From: Octopus vulgaris
Taxonomy: Eukaryota
Assembly (NCBI GenBank): GCA_951406725.2
Contig: OX597818.1
Coordinates: 47,058,001-47,122,000 of the forward strand
Direction of reading: 5' to 3'
Length of the DNA: 64,000 nt
Below, piece after piece: positions 39,090 through 52,648 of the stretch (position 1 is its first letter; every line of letters begins with the position of its first letter). Below the pieces are notes generated by a model. It had not been told where the DNA came from and ran no database searches. It saw only the letters and a list, made by a program, of their open reading frames with translations. The position numbers and the translations under genes are program-made.

Positions 39090-39410
39090 GTAACACAACA
39101 ATTAACTGCCCCGTCCATGACACAGGTTTATGCCAACAGATAAATGTTGTATATCGAATCCAACGTAACAAATGCAACAAGTTCTATGTGGGTAGCACAA
39201 CAAGACCGTTACACATTTGCATCAGAGAACATCTGAACACAAGAGCCTTCTCCTTCAGAAAACATAGATGCTGGATCACTGACAAAAGCATAACAGTCAC
39301 AATTGACCAATGACAGAAATTTGGGTAGTCTAATAATTAAGGAAGCTATCCTCACAGACTAGGGCCCCAAATTAACAACAGGCTAGAGGTTGGTAATCAA
39401 TATATTATTT
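39090..39410 (+). mobile_element. Penelope-like element GIY-YIG endonuclease remnant
   Basis: NVVYRIQRNKCNKFYVGSTTRPLHICIREHL matches the PLE GIY-YIG signature. Confidence 0.8.
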
Positions 39411-39619
39411 AACTACATCATACTTACCACACAACTGCTCCTTTGCCTATGCAATTTATACCAATTTCCTTGATACCATAAATTTATTTTGCACTCAAAG
39501 TCAGATTAAATTTCTTCATTGTAATTGATTCATAAATATATAATGAATCAGCATGTTTGTTAGCATTATTTAATGTACTAACCTAAATTTTAGTATTTAC
39601 TTCTTTGTTTATAAGACTT

Positions 39620-40150
39620 CTCAGGTGTGCCATGCTTCAGGTTCCAGTAGAAGTCAGCCAGCATAGCTGGGCTTCATTTTCCCTTATACCTGTTTTCCAT
39701 TGATGTTATATCTTGATGGAATCTCTCTCCATGTTTAACTCTCGCATCTCCTGCATTCTCTGGGAAGAAGGACAGATGAGAATGAAGAAAGTGTATCTTC
39801 AGTAACATATTGCATCCAAGCTCTGGGTAGCACTTGATTAGGCTCTCCACTACACTCTCTTGCTGAGCCACTTGGTGCTTTCCCAGAAGTCCTTTGCATA
39901 CATCCTTGAATGCATGACACACTGCTAGCTCAGTTTCATCCATTATCACCTTGACGTCCTCATCAGCTATAAGTTATTGTACCTGAGGGCCTATGAACAT
40001 GCCCTCTTTAATCTTGGCATCACTTATTTTATGGAAGATTGCCTTGATATGTTGCAGTGCTTTGGTAAATTGTTTCATTATGACTAATTTTATATGCAGT
40101 GGTGGCAAAATGATTTTCTCCTTCTTAACTAGTGGTTCATGATTTATGGC
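39620..40150 (-). mobile_element. Chapaev3/CMC-like transposase C-terminal fragment
   Basis: LKIHFLHSHLSFFPEN...HGERFHQDI..MENRYKG followed by MLADFYW. Confidence 0.65.
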
Positions 40151-41599
40151 ATCCAGGCATCATTTAGGAGAAAATCCAGAGAATCTGGAGAGTGAAAGTT
40201 CATAGTTATTCCTCATAGACAAGTATAAATCTAGGAAGTTCATGAGATAGGAAGACGAGATAGAGGAGAATTTCTGTTAGTTCAACCTAGACAGGTGAGC
40301 AAAAATCTTGGGAATCACTAGTCTTTGCAAGAGATTGGAAAGTGCAGGTAGTTTTTTTTTTTTACATCTGTTTCTGGGTTGGGCGTTCATTAGGAGTCTT
40401 TACTACTCTGTAGTGTCTATTCATCATCATCGTCATTTAATGTCTGTTTTCCATGCTGGATGGCTTGATAGAACCCAGCGAGGCCAAGAACCACACAAGG
40501 TTTCATAGTCTGTTTTGGTTTGGTTTCTACAGCTGGATGCCCTTCCTAATGCCAACCACTTAACAGAGTGTACTCGGTGCTTTTTATGTGGCACCATCAC
40601 CAGTGCTTGCATGAAATTTAAGATTTCATGCAAGGAAAGAGCAATTATAGGTACAAGAAGAGGTCAAGCTCTGCAGGGAGCAGATAGCCACAATGTGTGT
40701 GTGTGTGCAAGCAACAGGAAGTTTTGCCAATAATTTGAAACCCCATTTCTTGGTCATCTGATAATTTTTTTTTTAGGGGGGATCTTGCCTGGTTTTGCAT
40801 TTGTTCTAATTGTATGTGTTTTACATAGAATCAGACACAATCATTTTTATATATACTAGCTATTAAGACGTTTGCACACATTTTAACTGAACTGCTTTGT
40901 CATACTCAAACACAGACATGTCACAATTGCTTTTTTACAAGTTTCCAAAACTTACACGCCCATATTTATTTATTTTATTTTTACATACGGCTGTGTGAAG
41001 GCATAGAAGTGGCTGTGTAGTAAGTTGGTTGCTTACCAACCACATGGTTCTTGGGCAAGTGTCTTCTACTATAGCCTCAGACCGAGCAAAGCCTTGTGAG
41101 TGGATTTGGTAGACGGAAACTGAAAGAAGCCCATCATATGTGTGTGTGTGTTTGTTTGTACCCCCACCAGCATCGCTTGATATCCCTGTAACTTAGCTGT
41201 TCAACAAAAGAGACCAATAGAATAAGTACTAGGCTTACAAAGAATAAGTCCTGGGGTCAGTTTGCTCGACTAAAGGTGGTGCTCCAGCATGGCTACAGTC
41301 AAATGACTGAAACAAGTAAAAGAATAAAAGAATTTATCTGAATCACTCTTATAGCACTTACTCATAGAATAATTCCTCCCACAAGGACTTTTTTCACTAA
41401 AAAGATATTTTAAACTCTGTTTTTAACATTTTTTTCTGGACATTTTTTACTGAGCTGGTAGTAACTCAGTATAATTTTTGAAAGTGCAGTAAATAAATAT
41501 ATTTTGATATATCTAAAAAGACTCACTTCTGTTTCTTTTAGTAAACTTATAAAAATTTGCACTTACATTTGCCCATACCTTTTGCTTACATCATTGTTT

Positions 41600-42400
41600 C
41601 TTTTGTGAATGATGTCAAAGAAAAGATAGAGATTCTACAGAAATACTATTTTGTCTTTAGTGATCCTACTGATCTTGAATTTGGTAGTATCAATGAATCC
41701 AATTCCCTACAGATTTTCAACATATCTTTCAACATCACAGATGTATTCACAGCAATAAATGAAATTAAATATCACTCTTCAGTAGCCTTCCCAATAGATC
41801 CCCTGCTAGCACCCAGATGGAATACCACCACTAACTTGCATCTCATCTAGCTAATCTCTGGAGAAAATTGTTAGATGCAGGCTGTGTATCCAAACATTTC
41901 CTATCCTAATTTTTTATCTTATTTTTCAACAAGGAAATAATTTATACTGCCTGCTCTCATTTATCTCTCATTATCAAAATATTTGATAGGTTGGTAAGGT
42001 CAAGAACAACTAACTTCCTGGAGGGTAACAATCTCCTAAATTTCAATTGGCATGGTTTTCATTGTAGCAAAGACTGCTTAAAAAAAGCTTTCTACATTTG
42101 CTTTGATGATATTCCAAAAGTTTTAGGAGAATGATGAAATACAGATGTTTCAAATCTTGACTTCAGCAAAGCCTTTGACACACAGACACAACTTTTAACA
42201 TTCTACTGTTAAAGCTCTCTTACAGGTTATAACACTAGATTAAGTATTTGCAGGTAAGCAGAACTCAGCATGTTTTGGGTTTAACATGCTGAACCCACAA
42301 AACCCCAGCAACAGTCACCAGAGGTGTCCTCTTCATAGTGTACGTAAATGACATGACAAATATCATCAAAAACAACAAATTAAAATATTCACAAGTTTCC
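41600..42400 (+). mobile_element. Decayed CR1/L2-type LINE RT fragment
   Basis: LDFSKAFD (GACTTCAGCAAAGCCTTTGAC), LLNFNWHGF and LFIVYVNDM motifs. Confidence 0.6.
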
Positions 42401-44041
42401 AAGTTACCAATGGATAAAACTTTAGTCCGGTCTAAAACAAATTTGCTTACTGAGAGAAAATTTAAACTTATGAAGTTTTGGAAAAAACACGTGTTCAAGC
42501 ACCTATTTTCTTTTCCCTTAGGAGAGTCATTTGATATCTAACATCCTCCATCACCCAGGCTCCTGACCCACCCATCTCTCCACCTCTTATCACCCTTGTT
42601 GCATCCAACCCCATCCTGCTTGGCACTAACCACCATGTTTAGTTTTTCCTCCTCAGAGTATCAGTCCTCAAGGATCTCCTTTCTCATGTCTTTCTTCTGT
42701 AGCAATTTAATGAAATACTGACAGCACGACACTTATCATTATCAGAGGCCCTGCAAGTGTCATGAACACTCTTTCTACAAATTCAGCAAATATGATCCCT
42801 TATTCTGTACTTTTGAAGACCTGTGGAATAAGAAATCCCTTATAAAATGTAGAGGTTGGTGTGACAGGGAGAGCATCCAGTCATAAAACACTGCTTCAAA
42901 TATATCCCTGTTCAACATATGCATGCTTACAAACCACATGGTTCTGGGTTCAGTCCCACTGCGTGGTATCTTGGGCAAGTGTCTTCTACTATAGCCTCGG
43001 GATGACCAAACCCTTGTGAGTGGATTTGGTAGACAGAAACCGAAAGAAGCTCGTCGTATATATATATATATATAAATATATATATATATGTATGTGTGTG
43101 TATATGTTTGTGTGTCTGTGTTTGTCCCTCCAAAATCGCTTGACAACCGATGCTGGTGTGTTTACGTCCTTGTAACTTAGCAGTTTGGGAAAAGAGACCG
43201 ATAGAATAAGTACTAGGCTTACAAAGAATAAGTCCTGGGCTCGATTTGCTCGACTAAAGGCCTCAGTCAAATGACTGAAACAAGTAAAAGAGCCATTAAA
43301 CAAACAAATGAATGAATATACATCTCCTATGTATTTACATACAGTGTATGTTTATGTACGTGTTATAAATGTATGTCAGCTTTCATGAGGTTACTTATGA
43401 ATTGTTCTTAACTAGATAATTCATTTGTAGAAGTAATGTATTAGATTTCTATTGCTAAGTGAAAAGAAGTAACTGTCCAGGTTTTCAGTTTATGCTCACA
43501 CCTACCGTTAGAATGAACACATGTGTGAAGAATTAACAGTCTATATACCTATTAATTGTTGAATTGGGGTAAAAACAAACTAAAGCATGTGTAACCTGAA
43601 TATATATGATATTCTGTTGCATAAAAGATGCATGGACATATTAGATGCACCCTAATTTCAGCAGCACATATTCAAGAAGAAATGTTTGTAGTGAATTAAA
43701 TCATGTAATACTGGCCTAACTCTGCAATCGGATCTAGGGTGATTTTTTTTTTTTAAGGAGTGGTTGGTGTTAGGAAGGGCATCCAGCTCTAGAAACACTG
43801 CCAGATCAGACTGGAGCCTGGCGCAGCCTCCTGGCTTCCCAGACCCTGGTCAAACCGTCCAACCCATGCTAGCATGGAAAACGGATGTTAAACGATGATG
43901 ATGATATTATTTGGGGGTGGGGAATGCCTCTTATTTGTCATGAAATGTGGTAAATAATTAATGCCTTTCATTTAAATGGTGTAAAATTGCACATGGTTAA
44001 ATCCAGTTTTATATAACTATATTTTTTTGTTTTTGTTTCAG

Positions 44042-45377
44042 AAAATTATTTGCTGGAAATATAAATCTTGATGGATATTCTCAAACAAAAGAAATGATGG
44101 ATGATGAAAGTCAACAAGAAGTGCAGAATCTCCCACCTGGAAGGTTTAATGACATTAGACTAAAGTTTGAACAAGCTAAACTCACTTCACAGGTGGAAAA
44201 TGACAATAGTTCAAACGACAGTGTCTTTCACAATACTGCCCCTATTCCTAAACCAGCACCAAGGTCATCAGCAGTGATCCCACCAAAACCTACAGTCAAA
44301 GTTAAAAAAGTTGATCTTGAAGAAAAGCCTACTCCTCCTGTTGTCATTCCACGTGTCAAGCGAGATTCACTTATAAAGAATGAAAGCAATGAGGTAGCAC
44401 AAACGGAAATTGCTAACTCAGAGAGTAATAACGGTAACTGTCAACTTCGACCGTTTGTACCAAATCACAAGAGAGGGTTCTCTGATTGTATTACCAGTCA
44501 ACGTAGTAACTCGTATGAAAAAGAAAGAAAATCTGACGGTTTTGCAAATTATGGATGTGAGGACATAAATCGTTCTAACGAAGTTTTGAACAAATCTAAA
44601 AGTTTCCAAACACCTAAAAAACCTGAAATTGCAGCTAGGCCTAACACCGCTTTATACGGTCGGGACGGTCTTCAACATAAAAAAGTGACTAGGCACTCAT
44701 CGGTAAGAGATTCTAATAGAAAAGATACTACAGCAAACACCTCACCATTATGCAGTGATACCAAATCTCAGGTTGACATGATGGATAAAGAAAATACAGA
44801 AAGCAAAATTCCTAAAATTCCGCCAAAACCATTTAATCTTCCAACTGGTACACCACCTAAAAAACCACCTCGGACTTATAAACATGATTTATTTTTAAAA
44901 AATAAGGAATCTGTTGTCTTTAAAGAAAATGAGATATATGAGATGACAACTCCTAATAAAATATCTAAACCAAAAACTGAAAATGCTCACAAAAGGCCAC
45001 CCCGTCCACCCCCACCTCGGCCACCTGCCCCTAAATCTCCATTATCAGATAAAGAAAAAGATAAGGGATTGAGGAATTCTTTAAAAACTGTCAACAGTAA
45101 CTCAAAGCCCTCAGTTGTTAAAAATTCTGTGATATCAGATGAAAACAATTCAAAATCTAGTTTTAACCTGAGGAGATGTTTAAGTGTGGAAAGTATACAT
45201 CCTGACAATAAGTCTAATTGTAATAATGCAATCTATTTAGAAACATCGAAGTTTGGCAGATCTCGTGATGATTTAGATGCACTGAACAATGTAGAGGTGT
45301 ATGTAGATGAACAAGGTTATGCCGTTCCTTACAAATTTTATATCAAAGACGCACCAAACTCAGCTAATAGCAAAGAT
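44042..45377 (+). CDS. Large coding exon, proline-rich disordered N-terminal region; tentatively DENND2/ST5-like DENN-domain Rab GEF
   Basis: Only long non-repeat ORF in the window. Acceptor TTTTGTTTCAG ends at 44041; the frame is open from the acceptor and the first in-frame ATG is at 44094. GTAAGT donor at 45378 (phase 0). PxxP-rich. PKKPPRTY resembles the PKPxRTF motif I recall from DENND2 proteins; the family call is inference and needs BLAST. Confidence 0.85.
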
Positions 45378-47107
45378 GTAAGTAAATTCAGATTTATTGT
45401 ATTTAAATTTTTAACCTTTTTTTCCGTGTATTATATTTTTGTGTCCCTCACTTCCATTATTTTATTATGTATGTATGTTCTCAAATGTTTATTTCACCTT
45501 TCTGCGTGACACATCTTGTATTATATTGTAGGTTTAGAGGCCAATGAAGAAACCATTTTTCTAGTTATCTCAGGCATGGTTGCATGGTTAAGAAGCTTGG
45601 TTTGCAACCATGTGGTTTCAGGTTCAGTCTCACAGCACTGTGGGCAAGTGTCTTTTACTATATATAGCCCAAGGCTAACCAATACCTTGTGAGTGAATTT
45701 GGTTGACAGAAACTGTAGATGAATATAATTTGCAGGACTGCATACTAGGACGTCCGCACAAATTCAAACTTGTAAAACAGTCCTACCCATTACACTCGTG
45801 GTTACTATTTCAAATGTCCTCGTTTTGGCGCGCTAAATTACCGGAAAAACTTGGTTCTTTTGCTAAAATTTTCTTGAGAACATTTCTTAGTAGTAAGACC
45901 ATAGTGGATCTATTTCTAGCATAAGGGTGTCTACATAGTGGTTTCCCTCTAATATGTGTGTATATATATATATATATATGACCTTATATTATTTATTGAA
46001 CTACTTTAATAGGGACAGATAATTGGAAAACATGTGTTCTTCATGTGAGCATCCAAATTTTTCTAATCCTTTTCTAAAAAATCCAGAGCTAATTATGTTT
46101 ACCATTAAAACAGAATTAAAATACTTATAAGCACCATTTGAGCGTGATCGGTGCCAGCATCGCCTTACTGGCACATGTACTGGTGGCATGTGAAAGACAG
46201 CATTTGAGCATGGTCATTGCCAGTGCCACCGGACTGGCTCCTGTGCAGGTGGCACGTAAAAAGCACCATTTGAGCAAAGTCGTTGCCAGAACTGCCTCAC
46301 TGGCCCTCGTGCTGGTGGCATGTAAAAGCCCCCACTACGCTCTCGGAGTGGTTGGCATTAGGAAGAGCATCCAGATTGGAGCCTGGTGCAGCCTTCTGGC
46401 TCACCAGTCCCCAGTCAAACCATCCAACCCATGCCAGCACAGAAAGCAGGTGTTAAATGATGAAGATGATGATAAGACATTTGTTTTTGGCAGTGAGCAG
46501 AAAACTGATGATGCTCCAGGGTCAAGTATAGTTTCATTTATAAGTCCTCACCTCCTTCGTACTTAGAATAAACATTCAACATAGGTTGGACTCTTGTCTA
46601 TGTGATTCTATTAAAAGAAGCTAAGTGTCCATCTGTAGTAAAACAGCCATCCCTGTTTCTTTGTCATGCCCCAACCTTTTGCCTGGCTCATGGTAACTTC
46701 TCATTTCATCTCCCTCTCTCAGCTGAGAGGTTCTTGACTTGCAAGCTACTTGGCAACCCCACAGGTGCTGGTGCCATGTAAAAATTACCTGTGCCAGCAC
46801 CACATAAAAAGCACCTGGTGCACTCTGTAGGGGTTGGCATTAGGAAGGGTATCCAGTTGTAGAAACCATGCTAAAACAGAATTGGAACCTGGTGCAGCTT
46901 TCTGATTTGTTAGTTCCTATCAAACTGTCCAACCCATGCCAGCATGGAAAATGGATATTAAAGTAGGATTATTTGTGTGTCTTTATAAAAAGAGTCTGCC
47001 AATTTGAAATGAGTTTGCCAAGTGCCATGCACAAAATTCTTGGCTCCTGAGTCACTTTGTAATTTCATGCACACATACTCACCATCATCACCACCATCAT
47101 CGTTTAA

Positions 47108-47782
47108 CCCTTTCATTACTGTATTTATTTTGAGATGCTTTGTGTTTCTTTCAATTACTTTAAATATGACAAAGAATTTAGTAAAATAACTTTGTTATCA
47201 TTAAGCTAGTGTTAGGGACATAAATTGTGACTAAGGTTTGGTGGAAGACTTTAATTCATTACAGAGCCAGAGGTGGTTTCAGTTAGGATGATAACGAAAG
47301 GGTTAAGGATTGTTTCTCTATTATATATTTTAACCCTCTTGTTACTATATTTCTGTTGAGATGCTCTGTGTTTCTTTCAATTAATTTCAAATAAAACAAA
47401 GAATTTAGTAAAATAACTTTGTTATCATTAAGCTAGTGTTAGGGACATAAATTGTGACTAAGGTTTGGTGGAAGACTTTAATTCATTACAGAGCCAGAGG
47501 TGGTTTCAGTTAGGATGATAACGAAAGGGTTAAGGATTGTTTCTCTATTATATATTTTAACCCTCTTGTTACTATATTTCTGTTGAGATGCTCTGTGTTT
47601 CTTTCAATTAATTTCAAATAAAACAAAGAATTTAGTAAAATAACTTAGTTATCATTCAGCTAGTGTGAGGAACATAAATTGTGACTAAGGTTTGGTGTAA
47701 GATTTTAATTCAAAACTTATGAAAACAAGACATTTTGTACTCAGAGCCAGAACCAGTTTCAGCCGGGTTGGTAACAAAAGGG
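47108..47782. mobile_element. Three tandem piggyBac-like MITEs, middle copy chimeric
   Basis: TTAA-CCCT starts at 47108, 47334 and 47561; 227 bp exact-looking duplication including the spacer. Confidence 0.85.
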
Positions 47783-47956
47783 TCAATGTTCAATTTTCCA
47801 TTCTTGCATGGCTCAGATGGAGTTTATTGAGACAGGCTTCTTTTGCAGTTGACTGATTTTCATGTTGCCAACCTCTTCCCTGTGGCCAGATAGGATTTTT
47901 TTCCAAAGGCTGGAACCAACATCACTTGTATGAGGATGATACTCGTTTGGAACCAT

Positions 47957-48072
47957 TATATATCATATCATTATATATATATAGTATAAATATCATTATA
48001 TCGTATCATTATATATTATATCATTATATATATTATATATATCATTATATCATTATATATCATATCATATCA
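47957..48072. repeat. Low-complexity (ATCAT/ATAT) tract; many other (TA)n, (TG)n and (CAT)n microsatellites throughout
   Basis: Read directly from the sequence. Confidence 0.85.
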
Positions 48073-50803
48073 TGGCAATGGCAAAGACACACACATCATT
48101 ATTTAATGATTACCATTTTCCATGCCAGCATGGGTTGGACAGTTTGACAGGAGCTGCACCAGGTTCCAACTGTTTGCTCCAGCATGGTTTCTACAGCTGG
48201 ATGCCCTTCCTAATGCCAGCCACCTTACTGAATGTACTGCATGCTTTTTCATGACACCACCACCAGTGTTTCTACGTGGCACCATCACCAGTGCTTTTTA
48301 TGTGGTGCCATCACCGTGCTAGTGAAGCTCCAAGAGTACCATATGCGTGAGATCATTGCCAGAGCAACAAACTGGCCTCCATGCCAATGGCATCTTAAAA
48401 AACACCATTCGAGCATGATCGTTACCTGCGTTGCCTTACTAGCACTTGTGCTGGTGGCACGTGAACAAAACATTCGAGTGAGGTCGTTGCCAGTGCTGCT
48501 GGACTGGCTCCTGTGCAGGTGGCACATAAAAAGCACCATTTGAGCGTGGATTTTGCCAGTACTGCCTGACTGGCCCTCGTGCTAGTGGCATGTAAAAGCA
48601 CCCACTACACTCTTGGAGTGGTTGGCTTTAGGAAGGGCATCCAGCTGTAGAAACTCTGCCAGATCAGATTGGAGTCTGGTGCAGCCATCTGGTTTGCCAG
48701 CCCTTAGTCAAACCGTCCAACCCATGCTAGCATGGAAAGCGGACGTTAAACAATGATGATGATGATGATGATCACCAGTCCTTTTTATGTGGGAGCAGCA
48801 CCAACAGGATCACCAAGTACCTTGCCAGACAAGAACGCCTCAAATGGGATAGGGGCAGTAATAGTGAGGCGGGGTGTTGCTTTGTGCCAGCTGTAGAAAC
48901 CTTGCCAAAACAGACAACTGGGTCCTGGTGCAGCTCTCCAGCCTTGCCACCTCCTATCAAACTGTCCAACCCATGCCAGCATGGAAAACGGATGTTAAAA
49001 GATGAAGAAGATACATCCATATATACATCCATATATGCCATGTTTTTTTTGTGTCTGCTCACAGATCTTCTCCACTCAGTTGCATCTTCCTTACCTGTCT
49101 CACATGCTCGGCACCATTCCTATTGCACCTCACCACCTACCCTCCACTCTAACCACTCCACCTGCCTCCCCAACAATGTTATTTTCCTCACTTCACACAT
49201 TCTTTCATTTCTTTGCAGTCTTTAACGTAGTCTATTGATTTGACCAGTGGTAGGCGGTCAGTTAAAGCCATGAGCACTTTCTTCAAGTCATTGACCGACT
49301 CGATCGATCCGACTTGTTTCAGACAGCAAAAAAAAAAACATATAAAAACCAACCTGGCTGAAACCACCTATGGCTCTGTAATACAAATGTCCTGTTTTCA
49401 AAAGTTCTGAATTAAAATCTTCCACCAAACGCCAGTCCATCGCAGTGTTACTCAAGAAACAGGAAGAAAGAGTGAGAGAAAGTTGGGGCGAAAGAGTACA
49501 ACAGGGGTCACCACCACCCCCTGCCGGAGCCTCATGGAGCTTTAGGTGTTTTTGCTCAATAAACACACACAACGCCTGGTCTGGAAATCAAAACCACAAT
49601 CCTCTGACCTTGAGTCCGCTGCCCTAACCACTGGGCCATTGTGCCTCCTGCTTCTTGAAAACTCACACATCCACTCTTCTACATTTCCAGTCACGCTGAG
49701 ACCACGTAGCTTATGACATATCATTCCACAACTTTGTTGAAATCCTTTGCAAAGTTGAAATGCACCACATCTACGTTTGACTTATTTAACATCTATAAAT
49801 TTTTGACATTTATTAGAGCATTTAATTTTTTGAATTAAAGAAAAGAATTGTAAGAAATTTGTCTTTTGTATATTATATATGTTGAAAAAAATATTTCCAT
49901 TGATAAAGTCTAACCCAAATTATAAATAGTTTATTAACACTTTTCTTACTGTATTTTTGTTGAAATACGCTACATCTGTTTCAATTAATTTTGAAAATAA
50001 CAAGGTATTTAGTGGCTAGCCAGCTCCACGTTAAACCCTCCAACCCATGCCGGCATGGAGAGTGGATATTAAACGATGATCATGATGATGATCTTTGTTA
50101 TTATTAAACTAGTGTTTGGAACGTAAATTAACATGGAATTTTGTTGGACAGTTTTTATTTAGATCATTTTAAAACAGGAAGTTTTTATCATAAAACCAGG
50201 GGACTGCAGCTAATAATTAGTGTTTTTTCACATGAGCTTTCTACTGTGTAATTAAGTCGGAATTAGAATCATGAATAAAATATCAACATAATAAGATAAT
50301 AGTACCTATGGAAACTGTGTTCCTATCTTGAATTATTATTGCATGCCTATTTCATTGACTTTAATATGTTTGTCTCATAGTTCTTGTCGAATTGAGAGCC
50401 TAGGGGCTGAAAAAAATAAATGGTTGAGATTCTGCAAACATACCATTTATAAATATGAATAATTGCTTCTAATTAAGGCACAAAGACCATCAGTTTTTGA
50501 GGGAGGGTTGTTAGTGGATCCCATTGACTCCAGTACTTAACTGGTACTTTATTTTATTGACACCAGATGAATGAAAGGTTGAACTCAGAACTTACTTTGA
50601 AGAATGTCGAAATATTTAAAAATTATGTGTTTACATATAGGTGTAGGAGTGGCTGTGTGGTAAGTAGCTTGCTTACCAACCACATGGTTCCGGGTTTAGT
50701 CCCACTGCATGGCACCTTGGGCAAGTGTTTCTACTATAGCCTCAGGCTGACCAATGCCTTATGAGTGGATTTGATAGACGGAAACTGAAAGAAGCCTGTC
50801 CTA

Positions 50804-50860
<57 letters not shown>

Positions 50861-51351
50861 TTGTGTGTGTATATATGTTTGTGTGTCTGTGTTTGTCCCC
50901 CCTAACATTGCTTGACAACCAATGCTGGTGTGTTTACGTCGCCGGCAAAAGAGACCGATAGAATAAGTACTAGGCTTACAAAGAATAAGTCCTGGGGTCG
51001 ATTTGCTCGACTAAAGGTGCTGCTCCAGCATGGCCACAGTCAAATGCCTGAAACAAGAAAAAGAGAGTAAAGAGTACAAGAGTAATAATTGCTTAAGTGA
51101 ATTCAACACATAATAATAAGGCTTTTAGGGAACTATGTTAGCCTTATATTTTGGCTGTATATATATATCATCATCATCATCGTTTAACGTCCGTTTTCCG
51201 CGCTAGCATGGGTTGGACGGTTCGACCGGGGTCTGGGGAGCCAGGGGCTGCCCCAGGCTCCAGTCTGATCTGGCAGTGTTTCTACAGCTGGATGCCCTTC
51301 CTAACGCCAACCACTCCACGAGTGTAGTGGGTGCTTTTTACGTGCACCCAC

Positions 51352-51382
<31 letters not shown>

Positions 51383-52648
51383 AAAGGTAATCCAAGTAAT
51401 ATCAAAAATGAAATAGTTTAACTTTTATTACATATAACTTTAATCTCGTATGTTTTGCTGATATTATGGCATGTGGTTTGTATTCATTCAGCTTCTGCCA
51501 GCAGCCTCTGCTCTATGCTTGATTTTGGATGAAAAAGTGAGTTTGACGATGTTGCTTTCATATATGCCTTTTACTATCATCTAAATAGCTTGTAGAAATC
51601 TTGTTTGGATTTCTTGATGTTTATTATGTACATATCCCATATGTTTTGTGGGTGGATACTGGAGATGTGTGGTGCTTTGAATTCCAAGCTATAACAGTAC
51701 CTAGTTCTAACTTGGGATGATGGAGGCTGAACTTTTGGGTTCATATAGTAGCATCTGGTTTAGAGTTTTACATAGTGTTTAATGCCAGAGTGTAGTATCA
51801 GTTGTTCCAAGGTCTGGATATTAATTACAGCATGTCTTTCTCTTCTTTGCTTTTAACCTCTTAGAGGCAATCTTCTGCAGGTTTGGATTATTTCCAGTTC
51901 AGTAACGAGTGAGTTTGACACTATGGGGATAAGAACTGTGTCTCAGAGCAATCATTCAAATAACTGAGAACAAGTGTCTTACACAGAACCAGTGTGATTT
52001 GTTCTAAATCTTCGCAGGATTCATCGTTCCAATCTTCTGTGCTCTGCCCCATCATAGTAACATGTTCGTCATCACTATTTATAATTCTCAGCTCATGAAT
52101 ATATTCTGAATTCTAGATTGTGATTTCTTATCTTTTATGCATCCAGAGTGGAATGTGTTAGATGATAGCTGTGTACTTGTAATTTTCTAATATTAAATTG
52201 CATGCTGTTTACTTTACACCTACTCATTGTTTATGGTATTGAAGTTTTTGTGTAGGCTGTTGACATCATCCAGACTGACGATTATCTTTAATATTTTGCC
52301 ATCAGTGGCATCATCATCATCATCATCGTTTAACGTCCGTTTTCCGTGCTAGCACGGGTTGGACGGTTCGACCGGGGTCTGGGAAGCCAGAAGGCTGCAC
52401 CAGGCTCCAGTCTGATCTGGCAGTGTTTCTACAGCTGGATGCCCTTCCTAACGCCAACCACTCCGCGAGTGTAGTGGGTGCTTTTTACGTGCCACCTGCA
52501 CAGGTGCCAGGGGGGTCTGGCATCGGCCACGATCGGTTGGTGCTTTTAACGTGCCATTGGCATATTTAAGGAAATTAATACAATTCTGCATTTCTTAGAT
52601 GAGGAATGTTTTTAATATTATGTATCAGTTAACCATTTACCATTAACC

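Noticed and set aside
45378-45509. Hydrophobic, TM-like C-terminus of the 471 aa ORF
   Set aside because: It starts exactly at a GTAAGT donor and is T-rich intron read-through.
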